Shown here piece by piece: positions 25,801 to 38,600 of a stretch of 64,000 nt of DNA. Source of the DNA: Eledone cirrhosa (taxonomy: Eukaryota); contig OZ024761.1 of NCBI GenBank assembly GCA_964016885.1, positions 3,844,001-3,908,000 on the forward strand, read 5' to 3'. Under the pieces are notes generated by a model. That model was given only the letters and a program-made list of their open reading frames with translations, was not told the origin of the DNA and searched no databases. A program made the position numbers and the translations under genes. Positions within the stretch are counted from its first letter, which is position 1. Every line of letters begins with the position of its first letter.

Positions 25801-27240
25801 GCTGGATGCCCTTCCTAACACCAACCACATTTACAGTGTGGACTGGGAGCTTTTTACTGTGTTTCCTACACGACCACATTACAGTGTGTACTGTGTGTTT
25901 TTTTGTCGTGACACCAACACAACCTCATTAGTTTGGACTGGATGTTGTGGTACCAACATAACTTTATAGAGAAAGGGTGGTGTTGGTAGAAGTGGGAGGA
26001 CAGAGTTGTATAGTGGGTTGGGTGTGTTTGGTTTGGAGGGGCCTACTGACTGTAGGTTAACTTCGGACATAGGGAAGGCGGGTCTTCTGTAATACTGCAA
26101 TTTCAATTCATTTATTGAGAATTTTGAAGATAGTAACTTAACATATTGTTCTTATATAAAATTATATTAGAAACATTTAAATTTAAATAGAAACCCTTTA
26201 AAATAGAGCAGTTTTGCTCCATAGAATCAGAGCCAGTTCTGGGTGGATTCATATCAAAAGGGTTAAATAGAAACCCTTTAAAATGGGTGGTTGTGTTCCA
26301 TAGGACAAGATCCAGTTTTAGCTGGGTTGCTATCAAAAGGTTTAATTTGTTATCAAAAGGTTTAATTTGTTTTTTTCCCTAAATAACATTTTCTAATATT
26401 CTAATTAAAAAAATCTTTATTTTTTCCCCCCTCAAACAGGATTTCAAAGTTACATCAAGGGCCGAGCTAATGCAAATGACGAGGATTTGAATCGGAATTT
26501 TCCAGATCAATTTGACCAGGAATCTGTTCAAAGATTGTTTGAGCCCGAGACAGTCGCTGTGATGGCCTGGTTTAAGTCGTTACCATTTGTACTATCAGCC
26601 AATTTACACGGGGGCTCATTGGTTGCTTCCTACCCCTTTGATAGTTCTCCAAGTAAAAAAAATAAATACAGCAAGGCACCAGATGACAAAGTCTTCATAA
26701 TGTTGGCCAAATCTTATTCATTCGTATGTATACTTTTGTTTTGTTTTGGATTTCAACTCTGTCTACTGAAGAATATTAGGAATGGAGCCAGTGGTGAATG
26801 TTATGGAACGGAATGGTTGCATTTCAGGGGAGGATGAAAGGGACTGGCTAAGAAGATAATGATATATGTATATGTATATATATATAAATGTAAGTATGTA
26901 TGTATACGTACATACATATATGTATACAGACGTACAGTAGCGCCTGGCCGACTGAACTCACTTGATATGCAAATTAGGCTGCTCAGCCGTTAATTTTCAT
27001 AAGGAAAGTATATACTTTCAGACGTTCAACCATCTGGCAGAAAGGTATACGGTGCTGACGATAGCTAACAAGCTTGAAACTAGTACATCGTTCCTGTGTC
27101 AGTGTTGAACAAAAAGGTGACGTGGTTGCCTGAACACTGTACGGCGTAAATCAGGCTGTTCGTTTGTTTACAAACGAACAAAGCGAACATTATAATAAAT
27201 GTTCGGTAAACTGATACGTGCATATATATATGTGTGCCTG

Positions 27241-27285
<45 letters not shown>

Positions 27286-27395
27286 GCTACTGTACGTCTG
27301 TATACATATATGTATGTACGTATACATACATACTTACATTTAAGTAAGTGCCGTACTAAGAGTGAGAAATGAAATTTCGTTTCATTCTATTCCAT

Positions 27396-27429
<34 letters not shown>

Positions 27430-28196
27430 GTTATACTTTGGGAGGGTCATGTTGCCAATAAGAAACACATGCACCAGTTGCTTTCACTTGAATTTATTAT
27501 AAATTAAATTTATAAATTTAAGAATTTATAAATTTCCGGTTGGTTGGTTCCACAACCAGCCGATTGTTCATATATTGTCAAAGTTCTTTCGTCACACATT
27601 CTGTGACCTCTTCAGTGACTGGGGATTCTTTTCTTTGTTTTTGTGCCTCTCACACACATAGAACAAACAACCAACCAGTAACATGTAAATAAACAAATAA
27701 ATAAACAAATAAATAAACAAATATAAACACACACAGACACCCGGATGTAACACATGCGCAAACTAAGCACGCAACACACACAAAAACAAGATGGCGTAAG
27801 ACAGAACAAAGGAGAGGCACAAAAACAAAGAAAAGAATCCCCAGTCACTGAAGAGGTCACAGAATGTGTGACGAAAGAACTTTGACAATATATGAACAAT
27901 CGTCTGGTTGTGGAACCAACCAACCGGAAATTTATAAATTCCTAAATTTATAAATTTTATTTATAATAAATTGAAGTGAAAGCAACTGGTGCATGTGTTT
28001 CTTATTGGCAACATGACCCTCCCAAAGTATAACAATATGGGTTTCAACACATGTTTTCAGATAAAGAATCTTGCTAAACAAATTCAGAAACGAAATATAT
28101 ATGTATATTATCTTCTTAGCCAGTCCCTTTCATCCTTCCCCCACAATGCAACCATTCCGTTCCATAACAATTACCACTGGCTCCTCCATATATATA

Positions 28197-28227
<31 letters not shown>

Positions 28228-28925
28228 GTATCATCATCATCATCGTTTAACGTCCATCTTGGGTTTGGACGGGAATTTTCCCACTTGAGGCAAGATTGGT
28301 TGTCTTGCTCGTATAGGACTGTCTCGTGGGTTTTCTACGGCTGGATGCCCTTCCTAACACCAACCACGTTTACTGTGTGGACTGGGAGGTTTTTACCGTG
28401 TTACCTACATGGCCACATTACAGCATGGACTGTGTGTTTTTTTGTTGTGACACCTACACGACCTCATTTGTTTCGGACTGGATGTTGTGGTACCAACATA
28501 ACTTTACATTGGAAGGGGTGGTGTGGATGGGGTGGGGGTAGTGGGACAGGGTGTATTTTTGTTAGAGGTGCCTACTGACTGTAGGTTTCGCTTTGTATAT
28601 ATATATATAGTTATGTAATAAACAACATAAGGCAATTATTTCATTTACCAGTGGTTTCTTAAAAGCAAAAAAATTTTGCTTTCAATCATCAGAATGAAAA
28701 AATCCTGGTGTATTTATTAGCGTAGGTTTTTAAAATCCAACGCTAATAAATACACCAGGATTCTTTCATTCTGATGATTGAAAGCAAAATTTTTTTGCTT
28801 TTAAGAAACCACTGGTAAATTAAATAATTGCCTTATAATGTTGTTTATTACATAACTATTAAGCTCTGTTACCTACATAGAGCACTCTTTTTTCCTGGAC
28901 TTTTCCGACGGAATTACTTCATATG

Positions 28926-28977
<52 letters not shown>

Positions 28978-29376
28978 TATATATATATGGGTAATTTTTA
29001 CCTAATTATGTATGGTTGACCGTATATTTAATTAATTTCCATGTGCTGTTGAAATGTTGGGTAAATATTCTATAGCGGTTTCGAAAGGTTGTGAGTTCAA
29101 TTCTCAGACCGGGTGATGTGTTGTTTCCTTGAGCAAGACACTTTATTTTACATTGCTCCAGTTTACTCAGCTGTAGAAATGAGATGATAGGGACTGGGGT
29201 CCCTATCATTCCACTGCAAAGTGGTCGTGGAGGTGCGATGGCAAAAAAGCACCCAGCACTCACTGTAAATGAGGTTGGTGTTAGGAAGGGCATCCAGCTG
29301 TAGAAATCAAGCCAGAATCAGTTCCCGTCCCACCCTTGCAAGCAGGGAAAATGGGACGTAATATGAAATGATGATG

Positions 29377-29467
<91 letters not shown>

Positions 29468-29700
29468 TAGAAAGTGAACAACACAAACAACTACTCCATT
29501 ACCAAAGGTTCCAATATATGTCTGGATCGTTATAACATCTCTGTCTGATGAACGATCCAGACGTATATTATTATTGTCTGGGATCCAGAAACCTTTGGTA
29601 ATGGAGTAGTTATATTTTATGTTGTCCACTTTCTAATTAAATAGCTCTGTTCTATACATAGAGCACTCTTTTCTCCTTTGCTTTTCCTTTGGAATTACCT

Positions 29701-29751
<51 letters not shown>

Positions 29752-30221
29752 GTGCATATTCCACAGGTGGTATGGCACATGATTATGATATTCTCAGGCA
29801 TGACATCCTTAATATAATTTTGGTACTATGGCTCCTAGTATTTATTAGTAGAGCTTATTATGTTGAAAGGTATCGGCTGTTATTTCTAGCTGTCGATAAC
29901 CCTAAGCCACTAGTGTGATGGCAGAGCGATGTGTTTTTTTAAAACCGCATGTGCTTTTCAGCGTTATCTCCTGATTTGCTTTTAGTGTGTAATCATAGAT
30001 AATTAAATCTTCTCCTTTGCTAATGATCCAAGATTTGACATCTTTCATTCACCGATTAATGGTGAAATATATTTCTTCAATAGAATATATACAAAGGAGA
30101 TTAATCATTATTGCAAGGTGTCTATATTCTAAGTTCTTGTTAATTTTTTATTTGTTACCTCCATAACTATGTGTGTTTATACTCTTTACAAATTATCCCC
30201 TGTAATTGTTTGATGTGTTTA

Positions 30222-30254
<33 letters not shown>

Positions 30255-31873
30255 CGGAAGATGTCTGTCTGTGTGTGTGTATGATTTTTATGCATTTCCA
30301 CATTTCTCTACCGATTTTGATGATTTTTTTTCCAATGTGCTCCAAATTTACCAACGATGGTCAACGCGTAATAAACTTTGTCAAAAATTTCCTGTTTCTA
30401 TGAAAAAAATCGCTAAAACTAAATACATGCTGTAACCCTCTCTCTTACACGCTTATTCACTCTCTCTACTACTCAACAGCGACATAAACTTTGAAAACTA
30501 AGCAACACATCATTTTATACAACAACATACATAGTCATAATGCTCTCTCCGTCGCTCTTCTCTCTCTCTATAATAGATCATTCCCCCTCTCTATAATTTA
30601 ACTGCTTTACTCTCTTCATGCTTTGAGGTTTAACACACCTCCCTATTGTTTCTTAGCTTTACTCTCTCCATCGCTCTTCCCTCTCTCTATAATAGATTAT
30701 TCTCCCTCTCTATAATTTAACTGCTTTACTCTCTCTGTCGCACTTCACTCTCCATATGACAACACTGTTTTACACACCTCCCTATAGTTTCTTAGCTTTA
30801 CTCTCTCCATCGCTCTTCCTTCTCTCTATAATAGATTATTCCCCCTCTCTATAATTTAACTGCTGGGGGAGTCATTGGAGTTCCGTATTGACATACAGCT
30901 TTTCTGGGGTATTTTAAATCGGCTTATTACAAATAACAACCCGCAAAATAACACTTCATATAACAGATTAATGCTATAGACATATGAATCGGAATGTTTA
31001 AATTAGTTATTGTTTACGACTTTCATTGGTTAAATATTAATATGACAACACACATAGTGTTGTACTTCTGGCAATTCTGCCGAATACACTGCCAAGGATG
31101 AACCTTTTCACCTCGGCGTCAGATATCCCGTTCGATTTCCGGTGAACCCAATTCCCGGTGAGACCATGTTTTGCCATGTCCATTAACAAGTCACAAGGGA
31201 AAACATTGTCGGTGGTGGGCATCCATTTGGGGGAGCCATGCTTTTCCCATATCCAACTTTATGACATTCTAACCACATGCTTGTAGTATCACAGCTGTGA
31301 TATCTCAATTCAAAGATTCTTTCCTGAGACAGTCTAACCACATGTCTGTAGTATCAGAGCTGTGATCTCTCAATTCAGAGATTCTTTCCTCAGACATTCT
31401 AACCACATGTCTGTAGTATCAGAGCTGTGATCTCTCAATTCAGAGATTCTTTTCTGAGACATTCTAATCACATGTAGGGAGCAGGAATGGACTTTTTGCT
31501 TACACTCCTCAAGGGATGACATGCAATATCTTCTACAAAGAGGTGCTATAGATGTTGGTGCAGGTGTTGGAGGTGTTGGATCTATGCCGCCTGGAAAACT
31601 ATTTCCTGGTAGTGTCACCCATGGCGGACAGATCTGACACCCAGCGGCATCAGGGCCACCATCTTGCAACTTTGGTCTGCTAAATTCACTATTTGAAGAT
31701 TATTAACCCATCATTAATTGTCCAAAATGCTAATTGGTTCGTAACTTTTAATAACCGGTTCAACTGCTTTATGCACTTAATTGATAAGCTTATTCGCTTT
31801 CAAACCACGTTTACCTGTATGTAACTTTTCATAGCAAATGAACAAACCCGAGCAACGCCGGGCTAAACTGCTA

Positions 31874-31918
<45 letters not shown>

Positions 31919-34718
31919 CATCCTACTTTTAATTTAATATAAATGCTTGGATTTACTACTTGGAATTTTTTAGCATATTCTACAGGTGGTAAGGCACATG
32001 ATTCTGATATTCTCATCATTGTTTAACATCCATCTTCCACACTTGGACGGTTTTGTTCCATTTGAGGCCAGATTGGTCGGGAGACCGTGTTTTCTATGGT
32101 TGGATGCCCTTCCTAACACCAACCACATTTACAGTGTGGACTGGGAGCCTTTTTACAATGTCTCCTACACGACCACCTTACAGTGTAGACAGGGTGCCTT
32201 TTTAACGTGTCTCCTACACGACCACCTTACAGTGTAGACTGGGTGCTTTTTGCCGTGTCACCGACATAGTGGACAGAAATGGGAGGATGGGGTAGGGTGT
32301 GTGGGGTGTATATTGGGTTAAGAGGTACCTACTGACTGTAGGTTTAAATTTGTATGCAAGAGAAGGCGGGTCTTCTGTATAACTGCATAGCACCAAAGAT
32401 CTCAATCCAGTGTCATTGTCTTAGAGAGGAGTAAGTGAGCAAAGTCAGTTTTTATCACCTCGTCCCAGGTTTTTCTTGGTCTACCCACTCTGTAGCTTCC
32501 ATCAATTTTGATCACTCTGCACTTTTTTATACAGCTGTTGTCCTTCATATGCATCACATGACCACACCAACGCAATTTCCTCTCCAGAACACAACATTTG
32601 ATACCTCTTATGCTTAGTCTCGCCCTCAATCTATAAATTTTCAGTTTATTTGTTTATTGTCAAAGCTCTTTCGTCACATACTGTGACCAATTTATTATTT
32701 TGAAGAGAGGGTGTTTTGCCAGAGAGGTATGGTGAGGGGGTGGTAGGTGAGAGGGAAAGAAGGCGGGTGTTGGGAGGGCAATAGGGAGAGAGCTGTTTTA
32801 CAGATGTGGGTGAGGGCAGCTTGGATCAGGGTTGAGGGATATCCACACTGGATGAAGCGGGAGGTCATTTGAAGGGATTGGGTCTCGAAATCATGGTCCT
32901 GGTTACAGAGCCGACGGTGAGTATTGTCAACAGAGAGAAGTCAAGAAATTGGACTGAAGAGTTGGAGACAGCAGGGGTGAAAGTGAGGGCAGGATGGAAA
33001 GACTGGACAAAAGAAAGAAAAGAATCGAGCTGTTCGTGGGAGAGAGAGGTAGCGTTGATACAATCATTGATGTAATGGCCGTATAGCTCAGGGGTCGGAC
33101 CAGTGTACTGGGTGAAGATGAGGGCCTCAATGTAGACAACGAACAAGTTGATGGAGTTACATTCTTGTACCCATGGTTACCCCAAATACCTGTTGGTAAA
33201 ACTCTCCGGAAAAGTTATTGAACACTCTGGGGGGTAGATATCTTGTCTTTAAAGCGTTGAAATATCCGAAACCCCCAGTAGACAACTGATGAGGACCCCC
33301 CCCCCCCCCCTACACCTCATTCTTGTTTTCTTTTTATTCTCATTCCATTTTTAAGCCTATATATATATATATAGGAAAATGTTCAAGACCCCGACGGCAG
33401 AGCTCAAGTTGTTTCGATGGCTATTACCCACTCTACTACCCTAAGTATTGAGTACTCTGGTGCGTTATGGTCCACCTGGTTTCTTACCACACTTCCTTTG
33501 TTATATATATATATCTATCTATCTATCTAAGGCGGGTAAAATTCCCGAGATCCATGGGCGAGTTCTCTCCAGCGGTCTCTGTCCCTCATTATCGATGCCA
33601 TGTCCTGCGTCTCCAACAGACCAGTGTCTGTCCTTAGGGCATCAACATACGTTAACCTTGGTCTTCCTCTTCTAGTGTGTCCATGTAGGGGCTCCCAAAG
33701 GAGCACTGAGTGCAATGTCAACTCTGGATGTCGGTGAGCATGTCCAGCTAACCTCAGTCTCCTCTGTGTCACTTCGTAGAGACCTGAAAATCCGCCTCTT
33801 CATTGCTGTAGTGGAGTCTGTGCTGCTGTATGGGTCTGAGACTTGGACACTGACCAAGAAACTCACTCAGATGGTGGATGGGTGCTACACGAGAATGCTG
33901 AGGATGGCTCTGAACATTAATCAGTATACACTGAGGATGAAGAACTCAGAGCTGTATGGGAGCATCCCAAAAGTCAGCTCAAAAGATATATATATATATA
34001 TATATCATCATCATCGTTTAACGTCCATCTTCCACCCTTGCATGGGTTTGGATGGGAGTTTTCCCACTTGAGGCAAGATTTGTTGTCCTGCTCGTATAGG
34101 ACTGTCTGCCGGGTTTTCTACGGCTGGGTGCCCTTCCCAACACCAACCACATTTACAGTGTGGACTGGGAGGTTTTTACCGTGTTACCTACACGGCCACA
34201 TTACAGCGTGGACTGTGTGTTTTTTTTGTCGTGACACCTACACAACCTCATTTGTTTCGGACTGGATGTTGTGGTACAAACATAATTTCACATTTAAGGG
34301 GGTAGTGTGGATGGGGTGGGGGTAGTGGTACGGAGGTGTATTTTTTTAGAGATGCCTACTGACTGTAGTAGGTTTCGCTTTGTACTTAGGCAAAGCGGGT
34401 CTTCTGTATGACTGTGTAGCGCCAAAGATCTCGGTCCAGTGACATTGTCTTGGAGAGGTGTAAGTGTGTGAGGTCGGAATTTATCAAGTCATCCCAGGTT
34501 TTTCTGGGTCTGCCTACTCCGTGGCTACCGTCTATTTTTATCGCCCTGCACTTTTTTATACAGCTGTCGTCTTTCATGCGCATCACGTGACCATACCAAC
34601 GTAGTCTTCTCTCGAGTAAACAACATCTGATCCGTCTTATTTCTAATTTCTCCCTTAGTACGTTTATGCTTTGCCGTTCACGTATATTACTATTATATTT
34701 ACATATACATATATATGT

Positions 34719-34752
<34 letters not shown>

Positions 34753-34755
34753 ATT

Positions 34756-34800
<45 letters not shown>

Positions 34801-35350
34801 TAAAATAACAGGAGGCTGGACTGGTATAATTCCTTAAAGGTTTATTATACTATGAACATTTCAATGACCGTGTTCAGTATGAATCCGGTGACATCATCAG
34901 GTATTCGAAATTTAACAAGGGAATATAATCCATGGGGCTGAAAAGGCAGGGACATGAATGCTGCCACACATTTAGCAGTTTCTAGTCTTTGAAGGCGGCC
35001 GGCCAGACTAGAAACTGCTAAATGTGTGGCCGCCTTCTTGTCTCTCTGCCTCTTCAGCCCCATGGATTATTTTCCCTTGTTAAATTTCGAATACCTGATG
35101 ATGTCACTGGATTCATACTGAACCCGGTCATTGAAATGTTCATAGTATAATAAACATTTAAGGAATTACACCAGTCCAGCCTCCTGTTATCTTATAATAA
35201 TTAACTCCGTACTCGCACCACCAACAACACAAACGAAGACGAGTGAGTTGCATTATGTCGAGTTCTCTCCCTAATATTACATCAAGCTTGACCATACGGA
35301 ATGACCAGTTCTATCCAGTGGTGAACCAACAAACCTAAATGAATATATAC

Positions 35351-35399
<49 letters not shown>

Positions 35400-35544
35400 A
35401 GCCAATACATCTGTTTTCCATTCCAGGCCCATAAAAAGATGTACAAAGGTCAGAAGTGTCAAGCACATTCAGAGGAATTTCCTGATGGTATAACTAATGG
35501 CGCTGCATGGTATAGTTTAACAGGTCAGTACATCTCTCTCTCTC

Positions 35545-35607
<63 letters not shown>

Positions 35608-38600
35608 AGGGCGGGTAAAATTCCCGAGATCCATGGACGAGTTCTCTCCAGCGGTCTCTGTCCCTCATTATCGCTGCCATGTCCTGTGTCTCCAACAGAC
35701 CAGTGTCTGTCCTTAGGGCATCAACATACGTTAGTCTTGGTCTTCCTCTTCCAGTGTGTCCATGTAGAGGCTCCCACAGGAGCACTGAGTGCAATGTCAA
35801 CTCTGGATGTCGGTGAGCATGTCCAGCTAACCTCAGTCTCCTCTGTGTCACTTTTGACCTGACTTTTGGGAGGCTCCCATACAGCTCTGAGTTTTTCATC
35901 CTCAGTGTATACATGAACATATATATATATATATATATAGTGTTATATTTGGGGATGTTCGTTTTGCCAATAGAAAGAGACACATGTATCATATAATTTT
36001 CACTTTATCTTTATTATTCCTTACTCATTTGTTTATCAAAGTTCTTTTGTCACACATTCTGTGACCTCCTCAATGATTATCTGTTATGTGTCTCCTCTTT
36101 TTGCTGTTCCTAAACTTCCACTCTATCTTGTTTTGGTTTGTTTTGTGTCTGCATGCGTTTGTGGGTTTGTATGGTTGGCTGTTTTGCTGTTTGTGTCCAT
36201 ATATATATATTTATCATCATTGTTTAACACCCATTTTCCATGCTTGTCGAGAGATAAGTCTGGCCAGAATTGATCACACAGTACCTTGCTCCGATGGGAC
36301 TGTAAATTTGGCCACGGTTTTTACAGCTGGATGCCCTTCCTAACACCAACCACATTTACAATCTGGAACTGGATGGCACTGCTATGAGAGGAGGTACAGT
36401 TCAGTTGGTTGCACTGAAACCTTCACACAGTGGAACCCTAGTTTAGGAGCCCGGAACTGGTTGGCACTGCTATGGGGGTCTGGCCACGCCAAACCCTTTT
36501 CACAGCAGAACCATAGTTTGGGTGCCGAAACCACATTTACACTGTGGAAGTGGATGGCACTGTTATGAGGAGGGACAGGCCAGCTGGCTGTGCTGAACCC
36601 TTTTCACATCAGAACCATAGTTAATAGCATCTGGGACGGTAGGCTACACCCTAACTTCTCTTGTAAACCAAGTAATACAGAATGGTGTCAACTGTTACAA
36701 GGGTGATGGAGCTGCCCTAGGTCATGAAAGTTACAGAGTCATCGCACAACTGATTAGAGAACGTATACATCTAGACGAGATGCAGTTTGGATTTGTAGCA
36801 AGAAAAAGCACCAGCGATGCCCTATTCCTTGTGAAGCAAATGTAGAAGTACTTGGCTAAAAGCAAGCCACTCTACCTAGCATTCAGGTCATCGCTCCTGG
36901 GTGCCCTTCTGTTGATATTTTTAACCACAAGGATATCAGACTCTTGTTGCGTATATACAGGTGGAGTTTAAGATTGGAGCGGTCTAGTGTTTACCTGTGG
37001 GTGTCACATTAACCCATTGCCATTTACATTACTTTATATATACTATTGTATTTTCACAGTAAAGGCTTTACCTCACATAATATCTCACATAACATTTACA
37101 TTACTCTATATATACTATTGTATTTTCACAGTAAAGACTTTACCTCGCATAATATCTCACATAACATTTACATTACTCTATATATATACTATGGTATTTT
37201 CATGGTAAAAGCTTTACCTGACATAACATTGAATTTATGAGATTTTGATATTCATTTTGAGAACAATACCTTAACATCAGTATGAGTGGTCAGTTACGGC
37301 CGGTTTGAAATGAAAAAGGTGAGAGAATTTTGGCCGGATATAGCCAGTTTAAATGGGTTAAGACATATCTTATCACCTTTGTTAATTAAGACATATCTTA
37401 TCATCTTTGTTAATTGATACAGACATATCTTACCTTTGTTAATTAAGACACATCTTATCACCTTTGTTAATTAATACAGGTGGAATGCAGGACTGGAGCT
37501 ATCTCAATACAAACTGTTTTGGAATCACCATTGAGTTAAGTTGTGATAAATATCCAAACGCTTCAAAACTCCGAGATTATTGGGAAGACAATAAATACTC
37601 CTTGCTGGTATACATGGCTCAAGTAAGTACTCCTTGTTGGTATACATGGCTCAAGTAGGTACTCCTTGTTGGTATACATGGCTCAAGTAAGTACTCCTTG
37701 TTGGTATACATGGCTCAAGTAAGTACTCCTTGTTGGTATACATGGCTCAAGTAGGTACTCCTTGTTGGTATACATGGCTCAAGTAAGTACTCCTTGCTGG
37801 TATACATGGCTCAAGTAAGTACTCCTTGTTGGTATACATGGCTCAAGTAAGTACTCCTTGTTGGTATACATGGCTCAAGTAGGTACTCCTTGTTGGTATA
37901 CATGGCTCAAGTAAGTACTCCTTGCTGGTATACATGGCTCAAGTAAGTACTCCTTGTTGGTATACATGGCTCAAGTAGGTACTCCTTGTTGGTATACATG
38001 GCTCAAGTAGGTACTCCTTGTTGGTATACATGGCTCAAGTAGGTACTCCTTGTTGGTATACATGGCTCAAGTAAGTACTCCTTGCTGGTATACATGGCTC
38101 AAGTAAGTACTCCTTGTTGGTATACATGGCTCAAGTAGGTACTCCTTGTTGGTATACATGGCTCAAGTAGGTACTCCTTGTTGGTATACATGGCCCAAGT
38201 AAGTACTCCTTGCTGGTATACATGGCTCAAGTAAGTACTCCTTGTTGGTATACATGGCTCAAGTAGGTACTCCTTGCTGGTATACATGGCTCAAGTAAGT
38301 ACTCCTTGTTGGTATACATGGCTCAAGTAGGTACTCCTTGCTGGTATACATGGCTCAAGTAGGTACTCCTTGCTGGTATACATGGCTCAAGTAGGTACTC
38401 CTTGTTGGTATACATGGCTCAAGTAGGTACTCCTTGTTGGTATACATGGCTCAAGTAAGTACTCCTTGTTGGTATACATGGCTCAAGTAGGTACTCCTTG
38501 CTGGTATACATGGCTCAAGTAAGTACTCCTTGTTGGTATACATGGCTCAAGTAGGTACTCCTTGCTGGTATACATGGCTCAAGTAAGTACTCCTTGCTGG

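Noticed and set aside
28765-28785. Hammerhead candidates CTGATGAttGAAA and others at ~29545, 33276 and 18897
   Set aside because: Stem II, stem I or GAAA is missing; degenerate remnants at best.
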